Shown here: piece after piece, positions 1 to 12,407 of the stretch
How positions within the stretch are numbered: the stretch's first letter is position 1
Layout: the number at the start of each line of letters is the position of its first letter
NCBI GenBank assembly: GCA_038087875.1
Contig: CM075982.1
Span: forward strand, 42,346,001 to 42,410,000
Source of the DNA: Malacoraja senta
Taxonomy: Eukaryota
Length of the DNA: 64,000 nucleotides
Reading direction: 5' to 3'
Program-made: the position numbers and the translations under genes
The notes under the pieces: generated by a model
Database searches by the model: none
Told to the model about the DNA's origin: nothing
The model's input: only the letters and a program-made list of their open reading frames with translations

Positions 1-28
1 TGTCTCCCTGTGTGTGTGTGTCTGTCTC

Positions 29-59
<31 letters not shown>

Positions 60-92
60 CTTCCTTTGTGTATGTGTCTCCCTGTGTGTCTG
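1..92. repeat. (TG)n-rich compound microsatellite
   Basis: Visible TG/TC runs. Confidence 0.95.
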
Positions 93-1320
93 TTGTCACA
101 TCCTGGCCTTAGACAGGGCTGCCAACTCTCACGCTTTGAGCGTGAGTCACGCATTTCAGCCAATGCTCACGCTGATGACAGAATTCTCACGCTGTCTTCA
201 GTCCCTGCACAGTTTGTCTCTTTTGCGCCACATCACAGCGATCTGTGCAGTCTGGGGAAGCGTGTCAGTTGGCGGCTGTGAGTGATGTCGCATCTCTTCT
301 CTTCTCTTCTTTCTTGGTTGGATGTGCAGCCGGAGATAGAACTAACCAGGTGAATTGGTTGTAAAACATGGGGGGGACCATAATGAGGCCAAACATCTTG
401 GACAGGGTTCGGCAACCTACGGCACACGGGCCGAATCCGGCCCGTAACCCGAAAAACCGCGGGGTTTTTTCCAATTCGTTTTCACGGGGTCGGGGCAGGC
501 AAGCCGACCTGAGAACTGCAGCCAGTCCCTGGGACGCGAGCTGATCTGGGAACGGCAGCCAGTCCCTGGGCACGCAGAATGCCAACTTGATCATTATGGA
601 CAAATTGGGCCAGCCATGTACATGTTGTATAACTCTGACTCTATGCAGATCTGAATGGGCTTAGAATGACCATTTAAGCAAAATTTCCCTCACTTTCCCC
701 ATTTTGATTCTTGAGATTAATATCCCTTTGCTCTGTTAACAGCGTTAAAGTACTTATGAGGTAGAGTCAGGAAAGGGAACATGTTATTTTCTTTTAGTTT
801 GCTTTAATTTGTTAGTTGATTTTTTGTTGACTGCCATAATTTCTGAAATGGTCTTAATGTAACTTAACATAGAGCAGTAATGAGTGATTTTTGTCCAAAC
901 AATTGGAACTTGCATAAAATGTTTGCATTATTAGCAGGGCTGCCAACTCTCATGCATTGAGCGTGAGACTCACGCATTTCACAAAACTCTCATGCTCTCA
1001 CGCTGATCACAAAATTATATAATGAGAATAGGACCTGTTTTGCTTAACAAATAGTGTAGGAAGGAATTGGAGATGCTGGTTTAAACTGAAGATAGACACT
1101 GAAAACTAGAAAAACTCAGCAGGACAGGCAGCATCTCTGGAGAGAAAGAATGGGTGATGTTTCGAGTCGAGACCTTCAGCCTGAAGAGGTTGAAAACAAG
1201 CCATAAAACACAATGACTGGACATGTGTGTTATCCAACTAAGGGCAGAAATCAGAATCATGTGTTCATCTTTATTCACATGACACCATAATAAATATATT
1301 ACAGAAAAAATAATTTAATG

Positions 1321-1515
1321 GGGTGGCACGGTGGCGCAGTGGTAGAGTTGCTGCCTTACTACCACATGGATATTCCGGTTTCTCCCATATCCGAAAGAAG
1401 TGCAGGTTTGTAGGTTAATTGGCTTCTGTAAATTGTCCCTGGCGTGATGGATGGAATTGGTCTATGATAGATTGCTGGTCGGTGTGGACTTTGTGGGCGG
1501 AAGGGCCTGTTTCCA
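1321..1515 (+). mobile_element. V-SINE (HE1-type), internally deleted
   Basis: tRNA-like head GGTGGCGCAGTGGTAGAG, partial V domain CCGGTTTTCTCCCA, and tail. Confidence 0.8.
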
Positions 1516-1753
1516 TATATATTTTTACATATATATCTTAATTTCATTGAATCATATATGATTGAATATGTGGCATTATTTTCGTCTTGTTTCTATATTC
1601 AAAGGGTAAGGTTGAAACCGTCTGAAGGGTTTCGGCCCGAAATGTTGCCTATTTCCTTCGCTCCATAGATGCTGCCGCACCCGCTGTGTTTCTCCAGCAA
1701 TTTTGTCTACCTTCGATTCTCCAGCATCTGTAGTTCCTTCTTGAACAAGGTTA

Positions 1754-2205
1754 GAAACATAGAAAATAGGTACAGGAGTAGGCCATTCGGCCCTTCAAGC
1801 CTGCACCGCCATTCAATATGATCATGGCTGATCATCCAACTCAGTATCCCGTACCTGCCTTCTCTCCATACCCACTGATCCCTTTAGCCACAAGGGCCAC
1901 AACTCCCTCTTAAATATAGCCAATGAACTGGCCTCAACTACCTTCTGTGGCAGAGAATTCCACAGATTCACCACTCTCTGTGTAAAAAATCATTTTCTCA
2001 TCTCGGTCCTAAAAGACTTCCCCCTTATCCTTAAACTGTGACCCCTTGTTCTGGACTTCCCCAACATCGGGAATAATCTTCCTGCATCTAGCCTGTCCAA
2101 CCCCTAACGAATTTTGTAAGTTTCTATAAGATCCCCCCTCAATCTTCTAAATTCTAGCGAGTACAAGCCGAGTCTATCCAGTCTTTCTTCATATGAAAGT
2201 CCTGC
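1754..2205 (-). mobile_element. CR1 LINE 3' fragment
   Basis: [30 protein letters not shown] plus 3'UTR and (TTCTAT/TATGT)-type tail. Confidence 0.92.
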
Positions 2206-2696
2206 TTGATTTATTTGTGCAGAACAGTGATCGAAGTCCGACTTTTGCTTTGTTTCTTTGAGTTTTTCTCTATATATATACATAACAGCATGAATATAAT
2301 CTGATTTCCATATATGAATAGTCATTCATGTGCTGCACCTGTTGATCAGAGCCTGGCTCTATTGTGGAATGTAATTAGGAATGTAATTTAGCCTAACCTT
2401 ATTCATACCTAATCCAATTTAAAGCATAAATGTTGCATTCAAATGCAAGTTAAAAGACTCGCTACAGTATGCACCAGATTGCAAAATTTCAAGCTGAAAA
2501 ATGCAAAAGCTCCCTACTGTGGGAGGGGGAACCCCCCTCCCACACCCCCCCCCCCCCCCCGGTCGCTACGCTCCCTCGCAATTTCTCACTCTCACTCAAT
2601 GTTGGCAGCCCTGTCTCTCTGAGCTCTAAATAACACTGAACACATGTCTACTCAACTGTGAGTGCCCTTAATGTGGTTTGAAATTGAAAATATGGT

Positions 2697-2961
2697 TGGT
2701 TTGAAGTAAAAAGGCACTGCAAATGGTTGTTTAGGGTGTTTAGGGGTTGATTTGGAAAGGCACTGCAAATGGTTGTTTGGGGTGTTTTGGGTTGAAGTGA
2801 AAAGGCACTGCAAATGGTTGTTTGGGGGTGTTTTTGGGTTGAAGTGAAAAGGCACTGCAAATGGTTTTTTGGGGGGTTTTGGGTTGAAGTGAAAAGGCAC
2901 TGCAAATGTTTTTTTGGGGGGTTTTGGGTTGAAGTGAAAAGGCACTGCAAATGGTTGTTTG
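2697..2961. repeat. minisatellite, ~6 x 45-47 bp (TTGAAGTGAAAAGGCACTGCAAATGG...)
   Basis: Tandem units are visible and produce the repetitive ORFs 2648..2950 and 2652..2975. Confidence 0.95.
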
Positions 2962-3344
2962 TCTAAACTTGACAACTTCCTGTTTGCACTATATTGATTT
3001 TAGATTAAAATGCTACTACTTACGCCTGTGATTTTTGGCCATCTTACTCGGTCCCCCTCCGCTCATCAGGTGCAGAGGATTCTTCCCATCAATGAAAAAT
3101 AAAAGTGTCATTAGTGTTTTAAAAATGTTGAGAATCTCTCTCCTGTCAATCACGCCATGAAGGCCACGCCCCTTCCGGTGGGAGGGTGAGGGATTATAAA
3201 ACTCGGAAGTATGGGTGTGGCTCAGTCTCTGCAAGATGGGGGAGGGAGAGGTCACGACTCTGTCTGAGCTGTGAATCAACTGAACACACTGAATGTCTAC
3301 TGAAATGTGAGTGTGGTGTTTATGTGGTGGTTTTATGGTGGTTT

Positions 3345-3793
3345 CACCCTGCTTGAAATGGTATGAAACTGCATTTGAATGTGGTGGCCTTGCACCCTGC
3401 ATGAAATGGTATGAAACTGCATATGAATTTGGTGGCCTTGCACCCTACATGAAATGGTATGAAACTGCATTTGAATTTGGTGGCCTTGCACCCTGCTTGA
3501 AGTGGTATGAAACTGCACTTGAATTTGGTGGCCTTGCACCCTGCTTGAAGTGGTATGAAACTGCACTTGTACTTGGTGGCCTTGCACACTGCTTGAAATG
3601 GTATGAAACTGCACTTGAATTTGGTTGTCTTGCACCCTGCTTGAAGTGGTATGAAACTGCACTTGAATTTGGTGGCCTTGCACCCTGCTTGAAATGGCAT
3701 GAAACTACACTTGAATTTGGTGGCCTTGCACCCTGCTTGAAGTGGTATGAAACTGCACTTGAATTTGGTGGCCTTGCACCCTGCTTGAAGTGG
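3345..3793. repeat. minisatellite, 9+ x 48 bp (CACCCTGCTTGAAGTGGTATGAAACTGCACTTGAATTTGGTGGCCTTG)
   Basis: Exact 48-bp period (CACC at 3345, 3393 ... 3777). Confidence 0.97.
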
Positions 3794-4983
3794 CATTTCA
3801 AGGAATAGCCGTGAGTCAACTGCCAGCCCACCAGCCTTGAGTGAGTGAGCTGCCAGCACACCAGGCTTGAGCGACTGAGCCGCCAGCCCAAGAATCCATT
3901 CGGCCCACAATGTCCATACTAGCCCTCTGGAAACCAGTCCCTTCAGCCCCAAACACCCATACTAGCACTCCAGAATGCCCCCCCCCCCTGGCCACCAATA
4001 TTGGAATTGGTGAAGAGGTGGAATATTGCGTTGGGGGACCAGCCGTCCCGTGTGAAGCTGGGACCCAACGGGTCCCACTTAGTCTAGTATATCATAAACA
4101 GTCGTGTTTTTGACACCACAATGTTTTTGATATATTAAATGTGAATATAAGAAAAATAATTAACTCGCCCAAAAATCACTGCTACCATAGGATACATCGT
4201 TGGCGTTTGTGAAAGATGTTTGGAGCCTCCGAGGATTAACTTACGGAGGTACCGACCCCGATAACGGTCGTTGTGACAATGGACACCAAGCACAACGACC
4301 GTTGCGGGATCTTTGCTAGGTGGAATACCAGACATGTTACTGTATTTTTCTCCTGGTGTTGATGAAGATATTTCCCTAGATTATTATCAAAACGTATATG
4401 TGTGAGGGGCCATATGAAGTTTATTTATGAATTAAATATTCATGACTAAATGTGGCAGAGTTTTTAATGTCACATTTTTGATGTCCAAAATGGTGGTAAA
4501 ACTATGAAAATTTGTCTGTTATGAAAAAAGTTTTTGACTTTCAGTCTTGAAGTTATCTGATTTATATCTGCTATTTGTAAGGTTTCACATGATGGGTATA
4601 CTTTTGTTAAGAACAGTGTATTGGTGTAAAAACCTGAATAATAATCTCGTTCCTCAAAATCTCTCCAGTATAAGCGAGTTCGGTATTCCGACTGGGCATG
4701 CCAGGTCATAGGTCACTCGCGATAAAGTCTTGGCAACGGTGGTGCTGCATTATGTGCAGGCTTGCGATTCATCCATGGTCATGGTCGGACCCGGCACTCC
4801 TTCGCTGCGGGTGCTGTTTAGTTGCTGCTGGGCCGTCCCCGTCCCCTCCCCGGTGTCCCGTCCCTGACCGGAGGTGTCCGGGGTGGCCCTGGGCTGGCGG
4901 GGCGGCCCTGGACTTGCAGCCGGCGCTGCAGCCGCTGGCTCCAACTCCAGGTGGGGGCTGAAAGGGGAGGTGAATACCGGTCA

Positions 4984-5357
4984 AAGTGTTGTATATGAAT
5001 GCGCAAAGTATAAGAAATAAAGTGGACGTGCTTGAGGCTCAGTTAGAAATTGGCAAGTATGATGTTGTGAGAATTACAGAGACATGGCTGCAAGAGGGCC
5101 AGGGCTTGGAACTGAATATTCAAGGGTATACATCCTATCAAAAAGACGGACAGATGGGCAGAGGGGGCGGGATAGCTCTGTTGGTGAGGAATGAAATTCA
5201 GTCCCTTGCAAGGGTGACATTGAAACAGGAGATGTGGGGTCAGTATGGATAGAACTAAGGAATTGCAAGGGTAAAAATACCCTAATGGGACTTATCTACA
5301 GGCCCCCCAAACAGTAGCCTGGATATAAGGTGCAAGTTGAATCCAGAGTTAAAATTG
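4984..5357 (+). mobile_element. CR1 LINE ORF2 endonuclease fragment
   Basis: LYMNAQSIRNK...ITETW...GGGIAL (APE-type endonuclease motifs). Confidence 0.9.
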
Positions 5358-5366
5358 CCTAAATAA

Positions 5367-7657
5367 CATGATGGCTTCACAGGTGCTTGTAATTGCTCAG
5401 ATGTGTTTAATGCCTCCTTAATGCACATATAAGAGAGCTCTCAGTACCTTGTCTTTCCTCCAGTCTTTCCATCACCTTTGGAAACTTTTATTGCTGTTTC
5501 TCAACATGAGGACCAAAGTTGTGCCAATGAAAGTCAAATTATGAAACTGAGAAACAAGAATAAAACTGTTAGAGGCATCAGCCAAACATTAGGCTTGCCA
5601 AAATCAACTGTTTGGAACATCATTAAGAAGAAAGAGAGCACTGGTGAGTTTACTAATCTCAAACAGACTGGCAGGCCAAGGAAGATCTCCACAGCTGATG
5701 ACAGAAATATTCTCTCTATAATAAAGACAAAATCCCAAACACCTGTCCGACAGATCAGAAATACTCTTCAGGTGTGGATTTGTCAATGACCATCAATGAT
5801 TTGGATGAAGGGATTCAAAGTAACATTAGCACATTTGCAGATGACACAAAGCTGGGTGGCAGTGTGAACTGTGAGGAGGATGCTATGAGAATGCAGGGTG
5901 ACTTGGACAGGTTGGGGGAGTGGGCATATGCCTGGCAGATGAAGTTTAATGTGGATAAATGTGAGGTTATCCACTTTGGTAGCGAAAACAGGAAGACAGA
6001 TTACTATCTAAATGGCGTCAAGTTGGGAAAAGGGGAAGTACAACGGGATCTGGGTGTCCTTGTACATCAGTCCATGAAAGTATGCATGCAGGTACAGCAG
6101 GCAGTGAAGAAAGCGAATGGCATGATGGCCTTTATAACAAGAGGAATCGAATATAGGAGCAAAGAGGTTCGTCTGCAGTTATACAGAGCCGTAGTGAGAC
6201 CACACCTGGAGTATAGTGTGCAGTTTTGGTCCCCTAATTTGAGGAAGGACATTCTTGCTATTGAGGGAGTGCAGCATAGGTTTACAAGGTTAATTCCTGG
6301 GATGGCGGGACTGTCATAAGCTGAGAGAATGGAGCAGCTGGGCTTGTACACTCGAGTTTAGAAGGATGAGAGGGCATCTCATTGAAACATATAAGTTTGT
6401 TAAGGGCTTGGACACGCTAGAGGCAGGAAACATGTTCGCGATGTTGGGGGAGTCCAGAACCAGGGGCCACAGTTTAAGAATAAGGAGTAAGCCATTTAGA
6501 ACGGAGACGAGGAAACACTTTTTCTCACAGAGAGTGGTGAGTCTGTGGAATTCTCTGCCTCAGAGGGCGGTGGAGGCAGGTTCTCTGGATGCTTTCAAGA
6601 GAGAGAGCTAGATAGGGCTCTTAAAAATAGTGGAGTCAGGAGATATGGGGAGAAGGCAGGAACGGGGTACTGATTGGGGATGATCAGCCATGATCACATT
6701 GAATGGCGGTGCTGGCTCGAAGGGCCGAATTGCCTACTCCTGCACCCATTGTCTATTGTCTATTGACCACTGTCCACAGAAGACTTCATGAACAGAAATA
6801 CAGAGGCTACACTGCAAGATGCAAACCACTGGTTAGCTGCAAAAATAGGATGGCCAGGTTACAATTTGCCAAGAAGTACTTAAAAGGGCAACCACAGTTC
6901 TGGAAAAAGGTCTTGTGGACAGATGAGACGAAGATTAACATATATCAGAGTGAAGGCAAGAGCAAAGTATGGAGAGAAGGAACTGCCCAAGATCCAAAGC
7001 ATACCATCTCATCTGTGAAACATTGTGGTGGGGGTGTTATGGCCAGGGCATGTATGGCTCACTTATCGTCATTGATGGTAGTAGCATAATGAATTCTGAA
7101 GTGTATAGGCACATCCTATCTGCTCAAGTTCAAACAAATGCCTCAAAACTCATTGGCTGGCAGTTCATTCTACAGCAAGACAATGATCCCAAACATACTA
7201 CCAAAGGAGTTTTTCAAAGCTAAAAAATGGTCAATTCTTGAGTGGCCAAGTCAATCACCCGATCTGAACCCAATTGAGCATGTTTTTTTATATGCTGAAG
7301 AGAAAACTGAAGGGCACTAGCCCCCAAAACAAGCATAAGCTAAAGATGGCTGCAATACAGGCGTTCAAGCAGTCATTGCATGCAAAGGATATGCAACAAA
7401 ATACTAAACATGACTACTTTCATTTACATGATATTGCTGTGTCCCAAACATTATGGTGCCCTGAAATGGGGGGGACTATGTATAAACTGTAATTTCTACC
7501 TGGTGAAACCAAAATGTATAAATGTGGCCTTTAATAAAATCTAACAATGTGCACTTTAACCACATCTGATTTTTTCCATTACAAATCTCACATTGTGGAG
7601 TATAGCGGCAAATAGATAAATGATGGGTCTTTGTCCCAAACATTATTGAGGGCACTG
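5367..7657 (+). mobile_element. Tc1/mariner transposon (left end missing), interrupted by CR1
   Basis: HTH (ISQTLGLPKSTVWNII, GRPRK), DDE motifs WTDETK, QQDNDPKH and SPDLNPIE; right TIR ...GAGGGCACTG followed by TA. Confidence 0.93.
5793..6763 (+). mobile_element. 5'-truncated CR1 LINE inserted in Tc1, TSD TGACCA
   Basis: FADDTKL RT motif, C-terminus and 3' tail; TGACCA at 5787-5792 and 6764-6769. Confidence 0.93.
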
Positions 7658-8189
7658 TACAACATACATTGAGCACTGATGTAGATTATATAACAAGCTA
7701 ATTCGCAATAGGGAAGAAAATCTGCAGACTGGAGCAAATCTACCTATATGATTATGATAATTCGATTATGGCTTACACTCAACACCCTTTTATCCGCAAG
7801 ACACTTAGTTCGGACAAATACTAATCCAAAAATACAATAAAATACGACAGGACATCCAGCGTTAACCCAAACAGTGGACACAGACATTATAATAACACTT
7901 GCAGCTTAGTCAAGCATGAAATGTCCTCTTCAATAACATCTTGAAATTGGTGCCCAAATTGGAGAAGTGTTCCATAGATCAATTAAAAAAGGTTGATATT
8001 TATACACAGAATCACATTTTTCAAATATCCTGTTTCCATCACCATAGTTTTCCATGATATTCTGTCCACTAGCTTGTAATCAGCATAGATAAAAGCTAGT
8101 AGTGAACAAAGATCTTCATTGTTATCATTACCTCTGAACCCCATGAAATCTCATAGCATCAAGTCAAGTCTGGGCAAGGAAGACTGCAG

Positions 8190-9950
8190 CTCATATCTAC
8201 TATCTCTCACATTGAACACCATTTGGAGGATCCATCTGACAAAGCAAGGACACAAGATGTACTCTGGGAGGGGAGATGATGGGGTGGGAGAACTTCAATA
8301 TCTTTTATTAAGAATGGTTAATTAGCACCATCAATGACCAAATAAAATTACCAGATTTGCTGCAGACCCTCAGATAAATGTATTTGACCTGATCCTCATT
8401 AATCTATCGACTGCTGACATCTGCTCATAGCAATGGTTATATTTACCAAAACTGTTAAGACTTTCTAAAGACAAAATCCTATCTTCATACCCTGGATACC
8501 CTTCATCATTTTATAGGGCAATACTGCCATGCAAAATGGTTTACAAGAATAATAAAATGACCATCCTCAGTGTGCTTCGACCATCAGCAGCAATATAGTT
8601 GCATTGTTACTGTAGGTATGTAATACCAAAATCAGTCATATTCTTCACTGTAATATCAAGCTAGGAGATCAATCTCAAGTGCAATGAGCATAGAGAAGCA
8701 TGCCAGGGGCAACATCACCAATTGGTGAAGTCTCAATTAAGAACTACATGAGTTTAAAAGAACAAAAGCAACACTTAACAGTCAATGTCAATCAACTCTG
8801 CAAACAATTAATCAGAGCACAATCTGCAGCATTGCCATATCCAGTTGTGATTGCCAGGGGATAAAAGAACAGCCAGCTGAAGGAGACTCAATGGGCATTG
8901 CCATCTGTACTACAGCAAGGCCTAGCAATTAAGCACCAAAACCAAGTTATTTGCAGAAACATGCAACTGAAAATGCTGATTTACAATAAAATAAATTAGG
9001 TGCTCGAGTAACTCAGCAGGTCAGGCAGCATCTCGAGAGAACTGACATTTTGGGTTAGAACCCTTCTGCAGATTGATTGTTCAGACCTTCTTCAATCAGT
9101 CTGAACAGGGGTTCTGATCCAAATAGTCACCTATCCAGGTTCTCCAGAGATGCTGCCTGATCCGCTGAGTTACTCCAGTACTTTGTGCCTTTTTATATCC
9201 CTCCCACCCCCACCAAAATACAGTATTTGCAAAGTCCTTAACTAAAAGTACCATACATGAATGAGCCATGTTAACCTCCTTCCAAGATCCCCCATCTGTC
9301 AGAAGCCAGTCTTTAGCCAATTTAATTTACATCTTGATATTAAGGAACTGAGATTATTTTATCCAGCAAAGACCATGGCAGTCAACAATATTTTAGCTGC
9401 TATGCTGTACACTTGTATTCCAGAACCAGCCAATATTTATATGCAAATTATTCCAGTGCAACGCAGACAATATGAAAAATACAGACAAGCACTGTGCAAG
9501 AGCACCAATTTCCATTTAGCATTGGAAGGTTTGCCGACAGTATTTTCCAAGCATCACTTAATAGTAACCTACTTATTGATGAACATTTTGGGTTTTGGCC
9601 TGACAAATTTGCTCCAGACCACATCACTGCCTTGACCCAATCAATGTAAACAGGAGCAGAAATTCAACAAGTGAACCAAGGATGACTGACGGCAAGATTT
9701 GACTGACTCACAACACATTTGTCAATAGAGAATCATGGGGGGAATTTCTCAAATGTGTTAGGTATACACAACCCAAAGTAATCCTCTCAGCCTCAGGACA
9801 AGGTTGCAGAACTTTGAGGGAAGTGTTCTCAGCCCAACCATCGTTAGCTGCTTCATCATGCCATAAGAGGGAGTGTTTACTAAATCTGTAAAATGTTCAA
9901 TGCTATCAACAATGTCTGCAGGCAAAAACAACAGATAATATTCACATATG
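8190..9950 (+). mobile_element. highly decayed LINE (CR1/L2-group) remnant
   Basis: Degenerate ORF2-like text (PAKTMAVNNILAAMLYTCIPEPA, resembling KAxGPDNIP..LK.CAPEL); boundaries approximate. Confidence 0.45.
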
Positions 9951-9954
9951 CACT

Positions 9955-11140
9955 CATGCAGAACTCACTAACTTCATCCATTTCACCACTAACTTCCATC
10001 CGGCACTCAAATTCACCTGGACCATTTCCGACATCTCCCTACTGTTTCTAGACCTCACTATCTCCATCGCAGGTAACGGACTACTGACCGACATCTACTA
10101 CAAACCCACTGACTCCCACGGCTATCGGGACTACACTTCTTCCCACCCTGCTTCCGGTAAGGACTCTATCCCCTCCTCCTAATTCCTTGGTCTACTCCGC
10201 ACCCAGGATGAGGTGTTCCAAACCAGGGCATCGGAGATGTCCTCATTCTTTAGGGAATGGGGGTTCCCCTCTTTGAATATAGATGAGGTTCTCACCTGCG
10301 TCTCTTCTATACCCTGTAACTCTGCTCTCACTCCCCATCCCCCCCACTCGTAACAAGGGCAGTCCCCCTTGTCCTCACCTTCCACCTTATCAGCCGTCAC
10401 ATACAACAGATAATCCTCCGACATTTTCGTCACCTCCTACAGGAACCCACCACTGGCCACATCTTCCCATCTCCTCCCCTTTCGGCTTTCCGCAGAGACC
10501 GTTCCCTCCGTAATTCCCTGGTCAATTCGTTTCTTTCCACCCAAACCACCCCCTCCCCTGGTACTTTCCCATGCAACCACAGGAAATGCTACACTTGTCA
10601 CTTTACCTCCCCCCTTGACTCCATCCAAGGACCTAAGCAGTCTTTCCAGGTGAGGCAGAGGTTCACCTGCACCTCCTCCAACCTCATCTATTGCATCTGC
10701 TGCTCTACATCGGTGAGACCAAGTGTAGGCTTGGCGATCGCTTCGCCCAACACCGCTCAGTTCGCAAAAACCAACCTGATCTCCCAGTGGCTCAGCACTT
10801 CAACTCCCCCTCCCATTCCGAATCCGACCCCTCTGTCCTGGGCCTCTTCCATTGCCAGAGTGAGGGCCAATGCAAATTGGAAGAACAGCACCTCATATTT
10901 TGCTTGGGTAGTTTACACCCCAGCGGTATGAACATTGACTTCTCCAATTTCAGATAGTCCTTGCTTTCTCCCTCTTTCCCCTCCCCAACTCTCCCACAAG
11001 CCTACTGTCTCCATCTCTTCGTTTCTCCCCCCCCCCCCCCATCAGTCTGAAGAAGGGTCTCAACCAGAAACATCGCCTATTCCTTCCCTCCATAGATGCT
11101 GCCTCACCCGCTGAGTTTCTCCAGCATTGTCTACCTTCGA
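9955..11140 (+). mobile_element. Penelope-like element (Neptune-type), truncated and degraded
   Basis: RT C-terminal part, QRFTCTSSNLIYCI and YIGETK...RFAQH (GIY-YIG); terminal repeat similar to 60644-61047. Confidence 0.9.
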
Positions 11141-12407
11141 TAAAAAATGCAGGCTGCTTTATTTGAATTTCACTTTAAAATATCAAAAAACAACTTAGCT
11201 AAATGCAGCTTGCATGCCACATCCTAATTAAATAGTTTACAGTGAACTTGTGAGTCTAACACACCCGTTAAAATCAACCTCCCTCTAATCTGTTACAACA
11301 TTCTCAAGATACTGCAAACTTTTTTACCTTGTGTATTTAGGAGTGAATTTCACCAATTCTTCCTCCAATCTTGATATTATGAAATGTTAAGAGAAAATTA
11401 TACATTTCCTAAGCACCATTTCATATTAAATTAGCACACAACTGCTTACATTAGTGTGCTAATGTTGTCAATTGATATTCTTCCAATCTTTAATTATTTT
11501 GAATCCGTTTATAGGCTCCTGACTCAATACATCACGTATCCATGTTCTCTAGAGATGCTGCCTGACCCCGTTACTCCAGCACTGTATCCTTTTCCGTGAA
11601 CCAGCATCTGCAGTTCCTCATTTCCACTTCCCTATATTTTTCCATCATGTCTTTCCTACAATTAGGATTCTCACATTAGTTAATGCAACACAGAAACAGG
11701 CCCTTCAGCCCTGCTTGTCTATGCCGACCAAGGTGCTTCATCTACACTAGTCCCACCTACCCGCGTATGGCCTATCTCTAAACCTTTCCTATCCACAGAT
11801 AATGCTGGAAGCAGTCTGCAGTAGTATCAGTCAGGGCGAGGAGGCACTTAATCAGATGCCGAGCAATAACCATCTTCACTCACTGACGTGGTTGCATCTT
11901 TGTTTTAATTTATGAATATTATTTTCTGCCCACTGCCAGTTATTAAAGTTATTGTCACACTGACAACTTCCATCTGCATCATATCACGGACATTCCCTTT
12001 GTTTTCATCATCATCTTCCTCTTTGCAATTTTAAACCTTTTACTTCACAGATTTCCATTCATAAGCACTCGAACAGAAATGGCAGCCGTGCTCTCCCTGT
12101 GATGCAGGCTAATCTGTTGAGCACTAAGTATTCTCATTGTTCTAATTCTGTAAGATATTTGGTTTTCAAAATGTTATCCAAGAAAAGCTGCCAATGCATT
12201 GTTTAAAACAAAACTAGTGCCAGTTACATTTGTTAAATCTAACACAAATCAATCACTAGTTTGCCAAGTACATAAACAATGCAATTTAAAACATAATATT
12301 AAATTGCTCAAAAACAGAACAGCTGACGATTTTCATAACTTCATTGGAGCAGAAGACGACTTTTCAGCCCATTGAGTCTACTCTGTCATTCAATCATGAC
12401 TGATCTG

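Larger units (their letters stand above)
111..2616. mobile_element. non-autonomous hAT-like DNA transposon with nested insertions
   Basis: Perfect inverted pair AGACAGGGCTGCCAAC (111-126) / GTTGGCAGCCCTGTCT (2601-2616); repeated CTCACGC subterminal motifs; second left-end-like copy at 935; no TSD found. Confidence 0.55.
2617..4087 (+). mobile_element. Helitron-like non-autonomous element, 3' part (probably begins before the window start)
   Basis: Hairpin TGGGACCC-AAC-GGGTCCCA (4059-4077) followed 6 nt later by CTAG|T (4084-4088); internal minisatellites. Confidence 0.55.

Noticed and set aside
10-285. Cys/Val-rich ORFs
   Set aside because: Translation of the TG microsatellite.
2648-3952. 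Several 100-200 aa repetitive ORFs (e.g. (CLKWYETALEFGGLAP)n), and a CRISPR-like appearance
   Set aside because: These are products of 45-48 bp minisatellites open in multiple frames; there are no unique spacers or cas genes, and the context is eukaryotic.
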